Assembly: GCA_044225505.1 (NCBI GenBank)
Contig: JBGAIN010000007.1
Span: 1 to 64,000, forward strand
Direction: 5' to 3'
DNA length: 64,000 nucleotides
From: Limisphaerales bacterium
GTDB taxonomy: Bacteria; Verrucomicrobiota; Verrucomicrobiia; Limisphaerales; SIBE01
The notes under the pieces are model-generated. The model made no database searches, was not told the DNA's origin, and saw only the letters and a list, made by a program, of their open reading frames with translations. Made by a program: the position numbers and the translations under genes. Shown piece after piece: positions 28,323 to 41,873 of this stretch; position 1 is the stretch's first letter; each line of letters starts with the position of its first letter.

Positions 28323-31300
28323 ATGAAATCGAAGATTCAACTCGTCCACGGGCTTGCCTGTCTGGCGTTTTGGCTGGCGCCATCGCCTGTGCAAGGACAA
28401 CTAACAAGTTACTTGTTTTATCGGGGCTACGCTTCCGGTCAGGAGCAATATCTTGTCGCAGACATCCTTCCTTACACTGGCGGGTTTCCCACTCCGCCAA
28501 TCACGACTGGAACCATTTACTCCAGCCCCAACCAGACGATCACCATCGACTGTTTAAAGCTACCCAATGGCACCGAAAGCATCGGCGCCTTGGCCTTGAG
28601 CGGCTACCCCGCGATGCAATGCGTCGAAATCCCAAGTTCCGTCACGAGTATCGGAGTGGGTGCGTTCGCGAGCTCGGGTTTGACCAGTATCCACATCCCC
28701 GGTTCGGTCCGTTTCATCAACGTGGGCGCATTTGGTTCGTGCTCCAATCTGACCAACGCCACGTTCGAGTATGGAATCAACATCTTGCCGGCCGCGATGT
28801 TCGCCCATTGCGTGAACCTGGCGAGCGTTGCCTTGCCCGATAGTGTCGGCGCGTTTGAACAGAATCCTGCGCTCTTGGGGGCATTCGAAGATTGCCCGGC
28901 CCTCAAGAGTATTACGTTCCCGCCCGGTCTTACCAACATCGGGTTCAGCGCATTCCGCTCGAGCGGCTTGACCCAGGTAACCATCCCAGGAGGTGTCGGA
29001 TACGTAGGTGCTCAAGCCTTCGAGTCGTGCCGCGCTTTAGCCACCGTTACCATTGAACCTGGTGTCAGATTCCTCGATTACGCCAGCTTTCGCGGCTGCA
29101 CTGGAATGAGCACGGTCACGATTCCCAACACAATCACCAACATTGGCCCTTACGCCTTCGCCGGTTGCACGAGCTTGACGCGGGTCAACTTCGAAGGCGA
29201 TGCCCCTCCGGACCTCGAGACGGCGTTTCAGGATTGTCCCGCCACGATCTACTACCGAATCGGGGCGAACGGTTGGGCCAATGCCAAAGCGGGAGTGCCG
29301 ATGGTAGCGCTGGCTCCAGCGACATTCCCGGAGTTCTCTATCGAGTTAACAAACGATGGAATCACCATCAACGGATATCAAGGTTCGGCTACCACTGTGA
29401 CCATCCCTGGGTCAATGAGTGGAACTCCGGTGACCCGGATCGCAGATCAAGCCTTTGCCCAATCTGCCATTACTTCGGTTACCATTGGCGATGCGGTGAC
29501 CTGGATTGGAGCTCGCGCCTTCCTCAACTGCGCCGCCCTGACCAACGTCACCTTTGGCAAGAACGTCAACCTGATCAGCATCTCTGCCTTCGAGGGCTGC
29601 GCCGGCTTAACCCAGCTCTCATTTCCTGACCGGGTCGCCTTACTCCTCAATTACGCTTTTGCCAACTGCACGAGCCTGACTAACGTGATCCTGAGCCCAG
29701 CTCTCACGAGCCTGGATAGGACGTTCGCCGGCTGTCGCGCGCTGTCCAGCATCTACTTCAAGGGGGGGCCCCCTTCGACGGTCGGGACCGGCGGCAGTCT
29801 TACCCCAACAACCACTCTCTACTACCCGATCGGCGGGTCGCCAGATGCCTGGACCGCCGAGTTTCCCGGTGTGCCACTCCAAACTTGGGATCCGCCCTCG
29901 AAATTCTCCGTGGCGCTGGCGGGCGGGAATATCGCCATCACCGGTTCCGTGGACGCCAACCTGAGGCTCAGCATCCCCAAGCAGATCGCCGGCCACACCG
30001 TCACCAGCATCGCGCCTTTTGCTTTCCACGACCCCAATTGGTCCATTATCACCGTTCCAAGCACCGTCACCACTCTCGGTCAAGGAGCTTTTTCTGGCTG
30101 CACTTCGCTGACTGAGGTGTTTTTCACAGGCGACGCGCCCACTCAGCTTGGGCCAGATGTGTTCGCCGGCACGCCCGCAACCGTCGTTTACGATCCAGAG
30201 AAGGCCGGTTGGGGACCGATGGGCGAGACCTTTGCCGGCCGCCCCACAGGGCTCTGGTCTGCGGAGGCGGCCTGCAAGCTCACGTTGACAAACGGCGCCT
30301 TGATCGTCACCCAGTATGTAGGTCCAAAGGGCGCGGTGATTATTCCCTCGCCGATTGGCGGGTATCCTGTCACCGCGATCGGGCCCGGGGCATTCTACTA
30401 CACGCCGGCCGTGTCGGTCACCCTACCTGCCACCGTCACGAGTCTCGGCGAACGAGCCTTCTTCGCCCCGTCGTTGACGAGTATCTACTTTAAGGGGGAT
30501 GCTCCCACCACAATCGGAGATCTCGTAGTAGCGTCGTATGCGACGATGTATCGCGAGTTCGACAGAGCAGGATGGGACGCGCTTTCCGCCCAGACTCCAG
30601 GCGGCATCGGGTTTTGGTCTTCGCAAGTCCCGTGTTATCTCACTCTGACCAACAGCCAAGTCTTTATCACAAAGTATTTGGGGTCGGGCGGTCCGGTGAC
30701 TATGCCCGCGCTCTTGGCCGGTTATCCCGTGACCAGGATTGCCAATGGTGCGTTTTCGGGCTCGGCTATCAGCTCGGTCACAATTCCCGACACCGTCAAG
30801 GTCCTTGGCGCGCGCAGTTTCGCTGGCTGTGCTTCGTTGACCAACGTCGTCATCGGCAACAGCGTCACCAACATCGACCTCGGTGCCTTTATAGAGTGCC
30901 CTTTGACCAGCCTTACTCTGCCGGCAGGTCTGATCACGCTGGGCGACCTGGCCGTTTCCGGGTGCGAAAAATTGCAGAGTGTTTATTTCAAGGGCAATGC
31001 TCCCGACCTGGGAGGAATCCATTCCTTCCTAGCCACTCCGTCAACGCTCTATCGCGCCTTAACCGCCACTGGTTGGGGGACAGTTGGGGATCCCTTCGCC
31101 TTCCGGCCGACCGCCCTGTGGTCCGTCCAAGCTCCCTACAGCTTCACGCTCAAAGATGGAGAGGCAGCCATTTCCCGGTATACAAGTTCGGAGAGCGCAG
31201 CCACCATTCCAGCTTTCATCGAGGGCTATCCCGTCACCAGTATCGCGGCCGGGGCCTTCTCGGGCTCGTCCGTTAAATCGGTCTTGATCCCGGCCAGCGT

Positions 31301-32426
31301 CACTAGTATTGACCCGAGCGCCTTCAAAGACTCTGTCCAATTGACCCGCGTGAGTTTCCAGGGCAATGCCCCCACCGTTCTTGGCGATGGCCTGGTGGGG
31401 ACGGAGGCAACTCTCTATTACGACCCAACCACAAGCGGATGGAACGTCAACGGCACGCGGTTCGCTGGGCTTCCGGCGACGCCTTGGCCAGGCCTGGCCC
31501 TTTCCTGGAGCAACCTGGTGGAAGCTCAGGCTCTCACGAGCACGAATGGCCTCCAACTATGGTTGAAAGCCGATGCCGGGGTGGCGACTAACGCGGCGGG
31601 GGCGGTGGTTGTTTGGGCCGATCAATCCGGAAACTATAGCCACGCGCTCCAACCGAACGAAGCTCTCGCCCCTACGCTCACGCCCGCCGCCTTGAATGGG
31701 CAACCCGCCGTGCGATTTGATGGCGATAACGATTACTTGGACGTAGTCAGGGCTACTGGCCTCGCCTCCACCGGCGACCTGACCTCGTTCTTCGTCGTGC
31801 AGTTCGAAGATTTTGCCACCTACCGTGCCGTTTGGGGGAAGACGGTCGCAAACCTTCCCGCCTCCACCGACTATTACGTGACTCCCGAACCGGACCGGAT
31901 CCCTCGAGTTTATCGCGGCAATGGTGAGGCGTCGCATATCGGCTATGTCGATTCGACCGTGCGCCCCCAGGCGGGCGAATTTCTCATCCTGGGCTTCGAC
32001 ATGGCCGGCACGACCTTGACCCATTATCGGGATGCCCAGGCCACAGGGTCCGGTGAAATTACCGCTATCTTAACCGATCGCGGAAGCTCCCTAAAGATTG
32101 GCACGCGCGACGACCTGTTTACCAAAATGAAAGGCCACATCGCCGAATTGCTCATTTACGATCGCGCCCTTCCGGCCAATGAACGAAACTCTCTGGTGAA
32201 TTATCTGCAAACGAAATACGGCTACGCCAATCAGCCACCCGTCGGCGGCAACCGCACTCTCGCTATTCAGCGCGCGGCCGGCAACCTGGTGATCGATTGG
32301 GCTAAAGGAGCGCGCCTTCAAGAATCCTTAAATCTCCAAGGGCTGTGGACCGACGTGGTGGGCGCCGCCAGTCCGTACTCCGTGACGCCGAGCAACCAGC
32401 AGAAGTTTTATCGGCTCATCGAATAG
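28323..32426 (+). CDS. BspA-type leucine-rich-repeat surface protein with LamG-like and C-terminal FYRL domains
   Basis: Repeated IPxSVTSIGxxAFxxC LRR_5 units in ~5 modules (..YFKGNAP..); LQLWLKAD LamG-like domain; ends KFYRLIE. Confidence 0.85.
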   Translation: MKSKIQLVHGLACLAFWLAPSPVQGQLTSYLFYRGYASGQEQYLVADILPYTGGFPTPPITTGTIYSSPNQTITIDCLKLPNGTESIGALALSGYPAMQCVEIPSSVTSIGVGAFASSGLTSIHIPGSVRFINVGAFGSCSNLTNATFEYGINILPAAMFAHCVNLASVALPDSVGAFEQNPALLGAFEDCPALKSITFPPGLTNIGFSAFRSSGLTQVTIPGGVGYVGAQAFESCRALATVTIEPGVRFLDYASFRGCTGMSTVTIPNTITNIGPYAFAGCTSLTRVNFEGDAPPDLETAFQDCPATIYYRIGANGWANAKAGVPMVALAPATFPEFSIELTNDGITINGYQGSATTVTIPGSMSGTPVTRIADQAFAQSAITSVTIGDAVTWIGARAFLNCAALTNVTFGKNVNLISISAFEGCAGLTQLSFPDRVALLLNYAFANCTSLTNVILSPALTSLDRTFAGCRALSSIYFKGGPPSTVGTGGSLTPTTTLYYPIGGSPDAWTAEFPGVPLQTWDPPSKFSVALAGGNIAITGSVDANLRLSIPKQIAGHTVTSIAPFAFHDPNWSIITVPSTVTTLGQGAFSGCTSLTEVFFTGDAPTQLGPDVFAGTPATVVYDPEKAGWGPMGETFAGRPTGLWSAEAACKLTLTNGALIVTQYVGPKGAVIIPSPIGGYPVTAIGPGAFYYTPAVSVTLPATVTSLGERAFFAPSLTSIYFKGDAPTTIGDLVVASYATMYREFDRAGWDALSAQTPGGIGFWSSQVPCYLTLTNSQVFITKYLGSGGPVTMPALLAGYPVTRIANGAFSGSAISSVTIPDTVKVLGARSFAGCASLTNVVIGNSVTNIDLGAFIECPLTSLTLPAGLITLGDLAVSGCEKLQSVYFKGNAPDLGGIHSFLATPSTLYRALTATGWGTVGDPFAFRPTALWSVQAPYSFTLKDGEAAISRYTSSESAATIPAFIEGYPVTSIAAGAFSGSSVKSVLIPASVTSIDPSAFKDSVQLTRVSFQGNAPTVLGDGLVGTEATLYYDPTTSGWNVNGTRFAGLPATPWPGLALSWSNLVEAQALTSTNGLQLWLKADAGVATNAAGAVVVWADQSGNYSHALQPNEALAPTLTPAALNGQPAVRFDGDNDYLDVVRATGLASTGDLTSFFVVQFEDFATYRAVWGKTVANLPASTDYYVTPEPDRIPRVYRGNGEASHIGYVDSTVRPQAGEFLILGFDMAGTTLTHYRDAQATGSGEITAILTDRGSSLKIGTRDDLFTKMKGHIAELLIYDRALPANERNSLVNYLQTKYGYANQPPVGGNRTLAIQRAAGNLVIDWAKGARLQESLNLQGLWTDVVGAASPYSVTPSNQQKFYRLIE

Positions 32427-32691
32427 AGGGTCATTCAGCGTGCCACCGCACTCGGGGCGGCAAAGAAAACGGCGACGTGGCGCCGGGCATTTGCGCGGCC
32501 TTCCTCATCGAGGGCGGCGGAGGCGATTTGAGCTTCCAAGGCGGGCTTCTTTTGAATGAATCGAGACCTTTCGCAGTTCTTAGGCCAATGCTCGGGCCGA
32601 GACGCTGACGAGGAACCCGGCTTCACGGTCGTCACGGTCGAGGCGAACGAGCCGCGCCCGGTAGGCAAGGGGCCGCGACCTTATGAACGGC

Positions 32692-36960
<4,269 letters not shown>

Positions 36961-37042
36961 TTAACTGCAGATTTTGGACATCAAATCGCTCGTTGTTGGC
37001 TGCAACTCCGGCGGCACTAGCCGCGCGGATTTGAGTAGATGC

Positions 37043-38512
37043 TCAATTTGCCGCGCGCGGAACTGACGACGAGAGGCAGTAGAGGTGGCTGTCCGTTCGG
37101 AAGTAAATGGCCGAATTGACAAAAACAGGCGTGGCGAAGACCGGCCCGTCGAGTTGGTTTTCGGCCAAAACGCTCAACTCCTTGTTAGCCTGGAACACCA
37201 CGGTCTTCCCTTCGCGACTGACGCAGTAGATGCGCCCTTCAGCAAAAACGGGCGATGCGGCATAGTTCCCCCCGGCACGCACCTTGCCCAGGACCTCGCC
37301 GTTCTGGGCATTCACGCAGGTTACAAAACCATCGTCGTTGAGGAGATAAAGTTCGCGATCCAACAACAGGGGCGAAGCCATGAATCCGATCGAACTTGGC
37401 AGCTTCCAGGCAACATGGGTTTTGGTGATGTCACCTTGGCCGTCAACCTGGATGGCCCAGAGTTGCGGCTTGCCGCCATACACCCCCGTGCTGAGATAGA
37501 CTAAGCCGCTGCCATAGACCGGGCGCGGCGCCACTGTCTCCCCTTTCCCGTTGTCCACGCGCCAGATTTCCTGGCCTGTTTCCGGCTCGTAGGAGACGAA
37601 CCATTGCGCTCCCGGCACGACCATCTGCATCTTTCCGGACGCTTCGAACACCAGCGGTGTGGAAAACGATTTGCGGAAGATTCGAACAGGGGTGCTCAGA
37701 GGAGGGCGGTCACTCTTCCAGACGGTCTGGCCGGTCTTTTTGTCCAGCGCAGTCACATATTGTTGATCCCCGCCGTCCCGCACCAGGATGAGGAGGTTCT
37801 TGTAGAGAGCCGGGGAGCTGCCTGGTCCCTGGTAATGCTCCAATGGAAGCTGGCGTTTCCAAAGCACTTCTTTGGAGTTCGTGTCAAGACAAGCGGTGCC
37901 AAGCGTGCCAAAATCGCAATATAGCCGCCCAGGTTCGACGATGGGAGTGGGCGTGGCGTAACTGTTGAGCAAGTTCACCGCGCACGGATTGTCGACGCGA
38001 AAGAGTTCCGTATAGGAGAGCTGTTTTCCCGTAGCCCGGTCCAAGCAGACGACTCCGATCACGACCCGTTCCGCTTGCTGCATTCGGTCGGGGCCTGCGG
38101 AGAAGGTCCGCACATTTGTCTCGAAAGCCGTGGTCAGCCAGATCTGGTTGCCGAGGAGGACTGGGGAAGACCGGCCCCGGCCCGGTACGGCACTCTTCCA
38201 TTGCACATTCTGATTCGTGCTCCAGGTCAATGGGACGTTCGTCGCCAAAGAGATGCCGTTCCCTTTCGGTCCACGGAATTGAGGCCAGGCATCCGCCGAT
38301 TGCACCAGGTCGTCCGCAGGCACCTCGGGTTTTTGCAGGTCAGCCGCGAATGCGACCCGCGGCGCCGCCCAAACAGCCGCAAGAAACAGTATCCCGGCAC
38401 CCACCCGGAGGGGAATGGTCACAAGGCTTTTCAAAGCGATCTTGGATGCCGACCTACCATGGCGTCTCATTTGGATGACTCCTTTCGTTACGCAGTTATT
38501 ATCGATGCCCAA
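37043..38512 (-). CDS. PQQ-binding-like beta-propeller protein
   Basis: WPQFRGP, GRSSPV, ALDKKTG..VW, FSTP repeats. Start is uncertain. Confidence 0.85.
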   Translation of the reverse strand: MGIDNNCVTKGVIQMRRHGRSASKIALKSLVTIPLRVGAGILFLAAVWAAPRVAFAADLQKPEVPADDLVQSADAWPQFRGPKGNGISLATNVPLTWSTNQNVQWKSAVPGRGRSSPVLLGNQIWLTTAFETNVRTFSAGPDRMQQAERVVIGVVCLDRATGKQLSYTELFRVDNPCAVNLLNSYATPTPIVEPGRLYCDFGTLGTACLDTNSKEVLWKRQLPLEHYQGPGSSPALYKNLLILVRDGGDQQYVTALDKKTGQTVWKSDRPPLSTPVRIFRKSFSTPLVFEASGKMQMVVPGAQWFVSYEPETGQEIWRVDNGKGETVAPRPVYGSGLVYLSTGVYGGKPQLWAIQVDGQGDITKTHVAWKLPSSIGFMASPLLLDRELYLLNDDGFVTCVNAQNGEVLGKVRAGGNYAASPVFAEGRIYCVSREGKTVVFQANKELSVLAENQLDGPVFATPVFVNSAIYFRTDSHLYCLSSSVPRAAN

Positions 38513-38570
38513 TGGATCTCTAGGGTTTTGTTCTTATTTTTCTTTTCTATTCAGAGCCGCTCGAACCATT

Positions 38571-40358
38571 TCAGATCGCTGATGAGGAAATCGAAAATGG
38601 ATTCGCTCGAAAATGCCTTTCCTCGTAATCGAAAAAGCCGAAATCCGCGGGTTTCGCAGTTCCCGCCATATCCTGACAGGCCATGCCGACAAATGCGCCC
38701 GTAAAGTTCGGGAGCCCCGGAGCGGTCGCTTCGTCCGAGAGAATGCTGGCGTCGAATTGTTGAGGTAGCCAGCGCCACGCTTCATCGGCGCCGTCCAGAC
38801 GATAGGCAAAGTGGAGACGTTCGTCATCCACCTCAACGCGCAGATGGACCGGCCTGCCCAAGGGAATCGCAATCGGCGGCGTAAAAGCGTCCGTCTGCGT
38901 CGAGTCCGGAAGACAAGACATCACCCGCAAGTGTTTACCCACGGTTTCGTCATTTGACACGTAAAGGTAGTGAAACTTTGTACTGTTGTAATAGCAGACA
39001 AGCCCCGCCATCTGTTGGAAATGCTCGGGCTCGAATTCAACGACGGTCGCCGCGCTGAAACAGTGCGACTGTTGTCGCCGCGCCACGAGGGCTTGGCGGA
39101 ACGAACTTCCCATGGTTTCCCGCCCAATCAGTCGAAGAAAGCCAGGTCGCGCTGTGAGGCTAAGAATCTCCTGCGGCCACGGGGTGCGGAGCCATTGGAA
39201 CTCAATGGGGAGCTCAGATTTGTCAAACTCGCAGTGAACCCGAATCGCACCCTCGGTGGCCACGGTTTCATTCAGGTTCGGTATTGGGATCTGCCTCGAT
39301 GAAGTGGCGCTCGGGTTTGAAGCGTTAGGAACGACCTCCTGGCCGACGGCGACGGGGTTCGAGCGACTCCTGACGCACGACGGGCGGTTTGCGGACAATT
39401 CAGGCGCGGGTGTTTCCAGAGTTGGAAGACCTTCTCCGTCCAGGGTGCGCAGCCAATCGTCTTTTCCCCAAACCATTTTCTGGATCGCGGTCTCGCGGCC
39501 TAGCGTGCACCGGCCGCGATTGCGCAACGGGCGGCCGCAGAGATAAACCATGTAAGTCTCCCCATTCTGGGTTTCCACCAAATCCGCATGGCCCGCGCGC
39601 TGCAACTCGGAATCGGGCCGATGCCGAGCGCTCAGGATGTAGGTATCCGGATGAAGTTCGTAGGGGCCAACGATATTCCGCGAACGTGCCATGGTCACGG
39701 CGTGATTCCAGCCCGTGCCACCTTCGGCAGTGAGCAGGTAATACCAGCCATGGCGCTTGTAGAGGTGTGGCGCCTCCGTCAATCCCAACGGGGTGCCAGT
39801 GAAGATCAACGTCCGCTTTCCCATGAGTTTGCGTTCTGTGGCCGAGAATTCTTGCAAGACGATTCCAGCGAAACGATTGTTTCCAGGGCGATGATCCCAG
39901 AGCATGTTTAAAAGATACTTGCGACCGTCATCGTCGTGAAACAAGGAAGGATCGAAGCCACTGCTGTTGAGGGCAATCGGATCGGTCCAATCACCATCTA
40001 TCTGCGAGCTGGTCACAAGGTAATTGTGGAAATCACGCAAAGAAGCGCCGCTGGCCCCTCCCACCGTCGTGCGGCCGTAACGTTTCACATCCGTGTAGAT
40101 CAGCCAGAATAGGCCATCGGCGTAACTGAGGCACGGAGCCCAGACGCCACACGAATCCGGATCCCCCAGCATGTTGAGCTGGCTCGCGCGTCGCAGCGGC
40201 CGCGTCCTCAATCTCCAGTCAACGAGGTCGCGGGAGTGGTGGATCTGCACGCCGGGGAACCATTCAAACGTGGACGTGGCAATGTAGTAGTCGTCGCCAA
40301 CCCGGACGATGGAAGGATCCGGGTTAAACCCTGTAAGGATGGGATTGCGAATGGTCAT
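38571..40358 (-). CDS. GH43 beta-xylosidase/arabinofuranosidase (cytoplasmic)
   Basis: NPILTGFNPDPSI, ATSTFEWFPG, GFDPSL, TEAPHL; no signal peptide. Confidence 0.92.
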   Translation of the reverse strand: MTIRNPILTGFNPDPSIVRVGDDYYIATSTFEWFPGVQIHHSRDLVDWRLRTRPLRRASQLNMLGDPDSCGVWAPCLSYADGLFWLIYTDVKRYGRTTVGGASGASLRDFHNYLVTSSQIDGDWTDPIALNSSGFDPSLFHDDDGRKYLLNMLWDHRPGNNRFAGIVLQEFSATERKLMGKRTLIFTGTPLGLTEAPHLYKRHGWYYLLTAEGGTGWNHAVTMARSRNIVGPYELHPDTYILSARHRPDSELQRAGHADLVETQNGETYMVYLCGRPLRNRGRCTLGRETAIQKMVWGKDDWLRTLDGEGLPTLETPAPELSANRPSCVRSRSNPVAVGQEVVPNASNPSATSSRQIPIPNLNETVATEGAIRVHCEFDKSELPIEFQWLRTPWPQEILSLTARPGFLRLIGRETMGSSFRQALVARRQQSHCFSAATVVEFEPEHFQQMAGLVCYYNSTKFHYLYVSNDETVGKHLRVMSCLPDSTQTDAFTPPIAIPLGRPVHLRVEVDDERLHFAYRLDGADEAWRWLPQQFDASILSDEATAPGLPNFTGAFVGMACQDMAGTAKPADFGFFDYEERHFRANPFSISSSAI

Positions 40359-41818
40359 GCGGCCTGGATATCAGCGGTTGCAACGGCACGGCGAGTCGCC
40401 AGTTCCTTTTCTATCTCCTTCACCTTGGTCTGGCTGAGGGGGTAAACCCACAGGGCGATGGCTTTTAAGGCCGCAAATCCGGCCGGAAAGAGCGAAAACG
40501 TGAGTGTAATACCGAGAATGGAAGCAGCCGTCTGAGCCACGTTGGCAACATAACCGTACTTCGCCAACACCCAAGGCAGCAGTAGCCCGGCAAAGGCCGT
40601 GCCGGTTTTGATGGCGAAAAGCGATGCCGAATAGACAAGCCCCGTGGTTCGCCGCCGGAATTTCCACTCTCCATAATCCGCCACATCCGCATACATCGCC
40701 CAGACCAGCGCCGACGCTGGCCCCATGCAAAAGCACCCGAGCGCTTGCACCGCCAGCTGGACCGGGAAATTACTTTTGGGGATGAAATAAAAGGCACCCC
40801 AACTGAACGCCGTAATCACGGTGAGCGAGTACGAAAGGACGCGCTTATCCGCAACCTTCGCAAAAAAACTCAAACAGTAGGAGCCGAGCATTTGACAGGC
40901 CATGCCGAGAGAAACAAACAGGGTAAATCGGTCCAACTGCCCGAACAACACCGGCTGGTTGTCGTAGCCGGCAACGTATTTGAAATAGTAGATTGCACTG
41001 CCGTTGCGCAATCCAATGAACGTTAGGGAAAAGATCGCAGACAGCAGCAGCATGACCCACGGGTAATTGTGCAGCAACTCCTGGATTTCGCTCCACGCCT
41101 GCTGTTTTTGTCCCGGCGGGGCTGTCACCCGCTCTTTGGTGCTGGCAAAACAAACCAGAAACATCGCCGCTGAAAGCGCGGCGAAAATCAGCATCGTGAG
41201 CTGAAATCCTTTTAACTCGTTGACGACCTTGCCGGCTGGGTCAGCTCCGCCGCCCAGCCACTTCACCACGGGCCGCACGAACAACGAGACCAGCAGGCCG
41301 CCGCCAAATGCGCCCACGAAACGGTAACTGGAGGCCAACGTCCGGACGCCTGGCGACGGGCTGATGACCCCGAGCATCGACGAATAGGGCACATTGATGA
41401 ATGAGTAGGCCAGCATCATGAACCCGTATGTGCAGTAAGCGTAAACAAGCTTGCCCCCTGCGCTCAGATTGGGACTTGCGAAGAGTAAGTAACCGCCGAG
41501 TCCATAAGGAATCGCGAACCAGAGCAAGTAAGGACGAAATTTACCCCAGCGCGTTTGGGTGCGATCGGCGAGTAACCCAATCAACGGATCGGCCGCCGCA
41601 TCGAACAGCCGGATAACAAGAAACATAGTACCAATCGCCGCCGGAGCCAATCCCCAAACATCGGTGTAGAAATAAGTAAGGAAAATGCCAAAGGTCTGAA
41701 AGAATAGGTTTGAGGCCGTATCGCCCAGGGCATAGCCAACATATTCGGTTGTCTTGAGTCCCGTGTGTTCAGAAGCTCTTTTAGGGACCGCGGCAGGTGC
41801 TGTAGGCCGTGAGCTCAC
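40355..41818 (-). CDS. GPH-family (MFS) xyloside/oligosaccharide:cation symporter
   Basis: GYALGD, DRTQTRWGKFRPY, INVPYSS, WAMYADVADYGEW. Confidence 0.9.
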   Translation of the reverse strand: MSSRPTAPAAVPKRASEHTGLKTTEYVGYALGDTASNLFFQTFGIFLTYFYTDVWGLAPAAIGTMFLVIRLFDAAADPLIGLLADRTQTRWGKFRPYLLWFAIPYGLGGYLLFASPNLSAGGKLVYAYCTYGFMMLAYSFINVPYSSMLGVISPSPGVRTLASSYRFVGAFGGGLLVSLFVRPVVKWLGGGADPAGKVVNELKGFQLTMLIFAALSAAMFLVCFASTKERVTAPPGQKQQAWSEIQELLHNYPWVMLLLSAIFSLTFIGLRNGSAIYYFKYVAGYDNQPVLFGQLDRFTLFVSLGMACQMLGSYCLSFFAKVADKRVLSYSLTVITAFSWGAFYFIPKSNFPVQLAVQALGCFCMGPASALVWAMYADVADYGEWKFRRRTTGLVYSASLFAIKTGTAFAGLLLPWVLAKYGYVANVAQTAASILGITLTFSLFPAGFAALKAIALWVYPLSQTKVKEIEKELATRRAVATADIQAA

Positions 41819-41873
41819 CTTTGATTGAATTGTTTCTTAAAGGCTGTCCAAGGTCGCTGGCATGGAGAACAAC

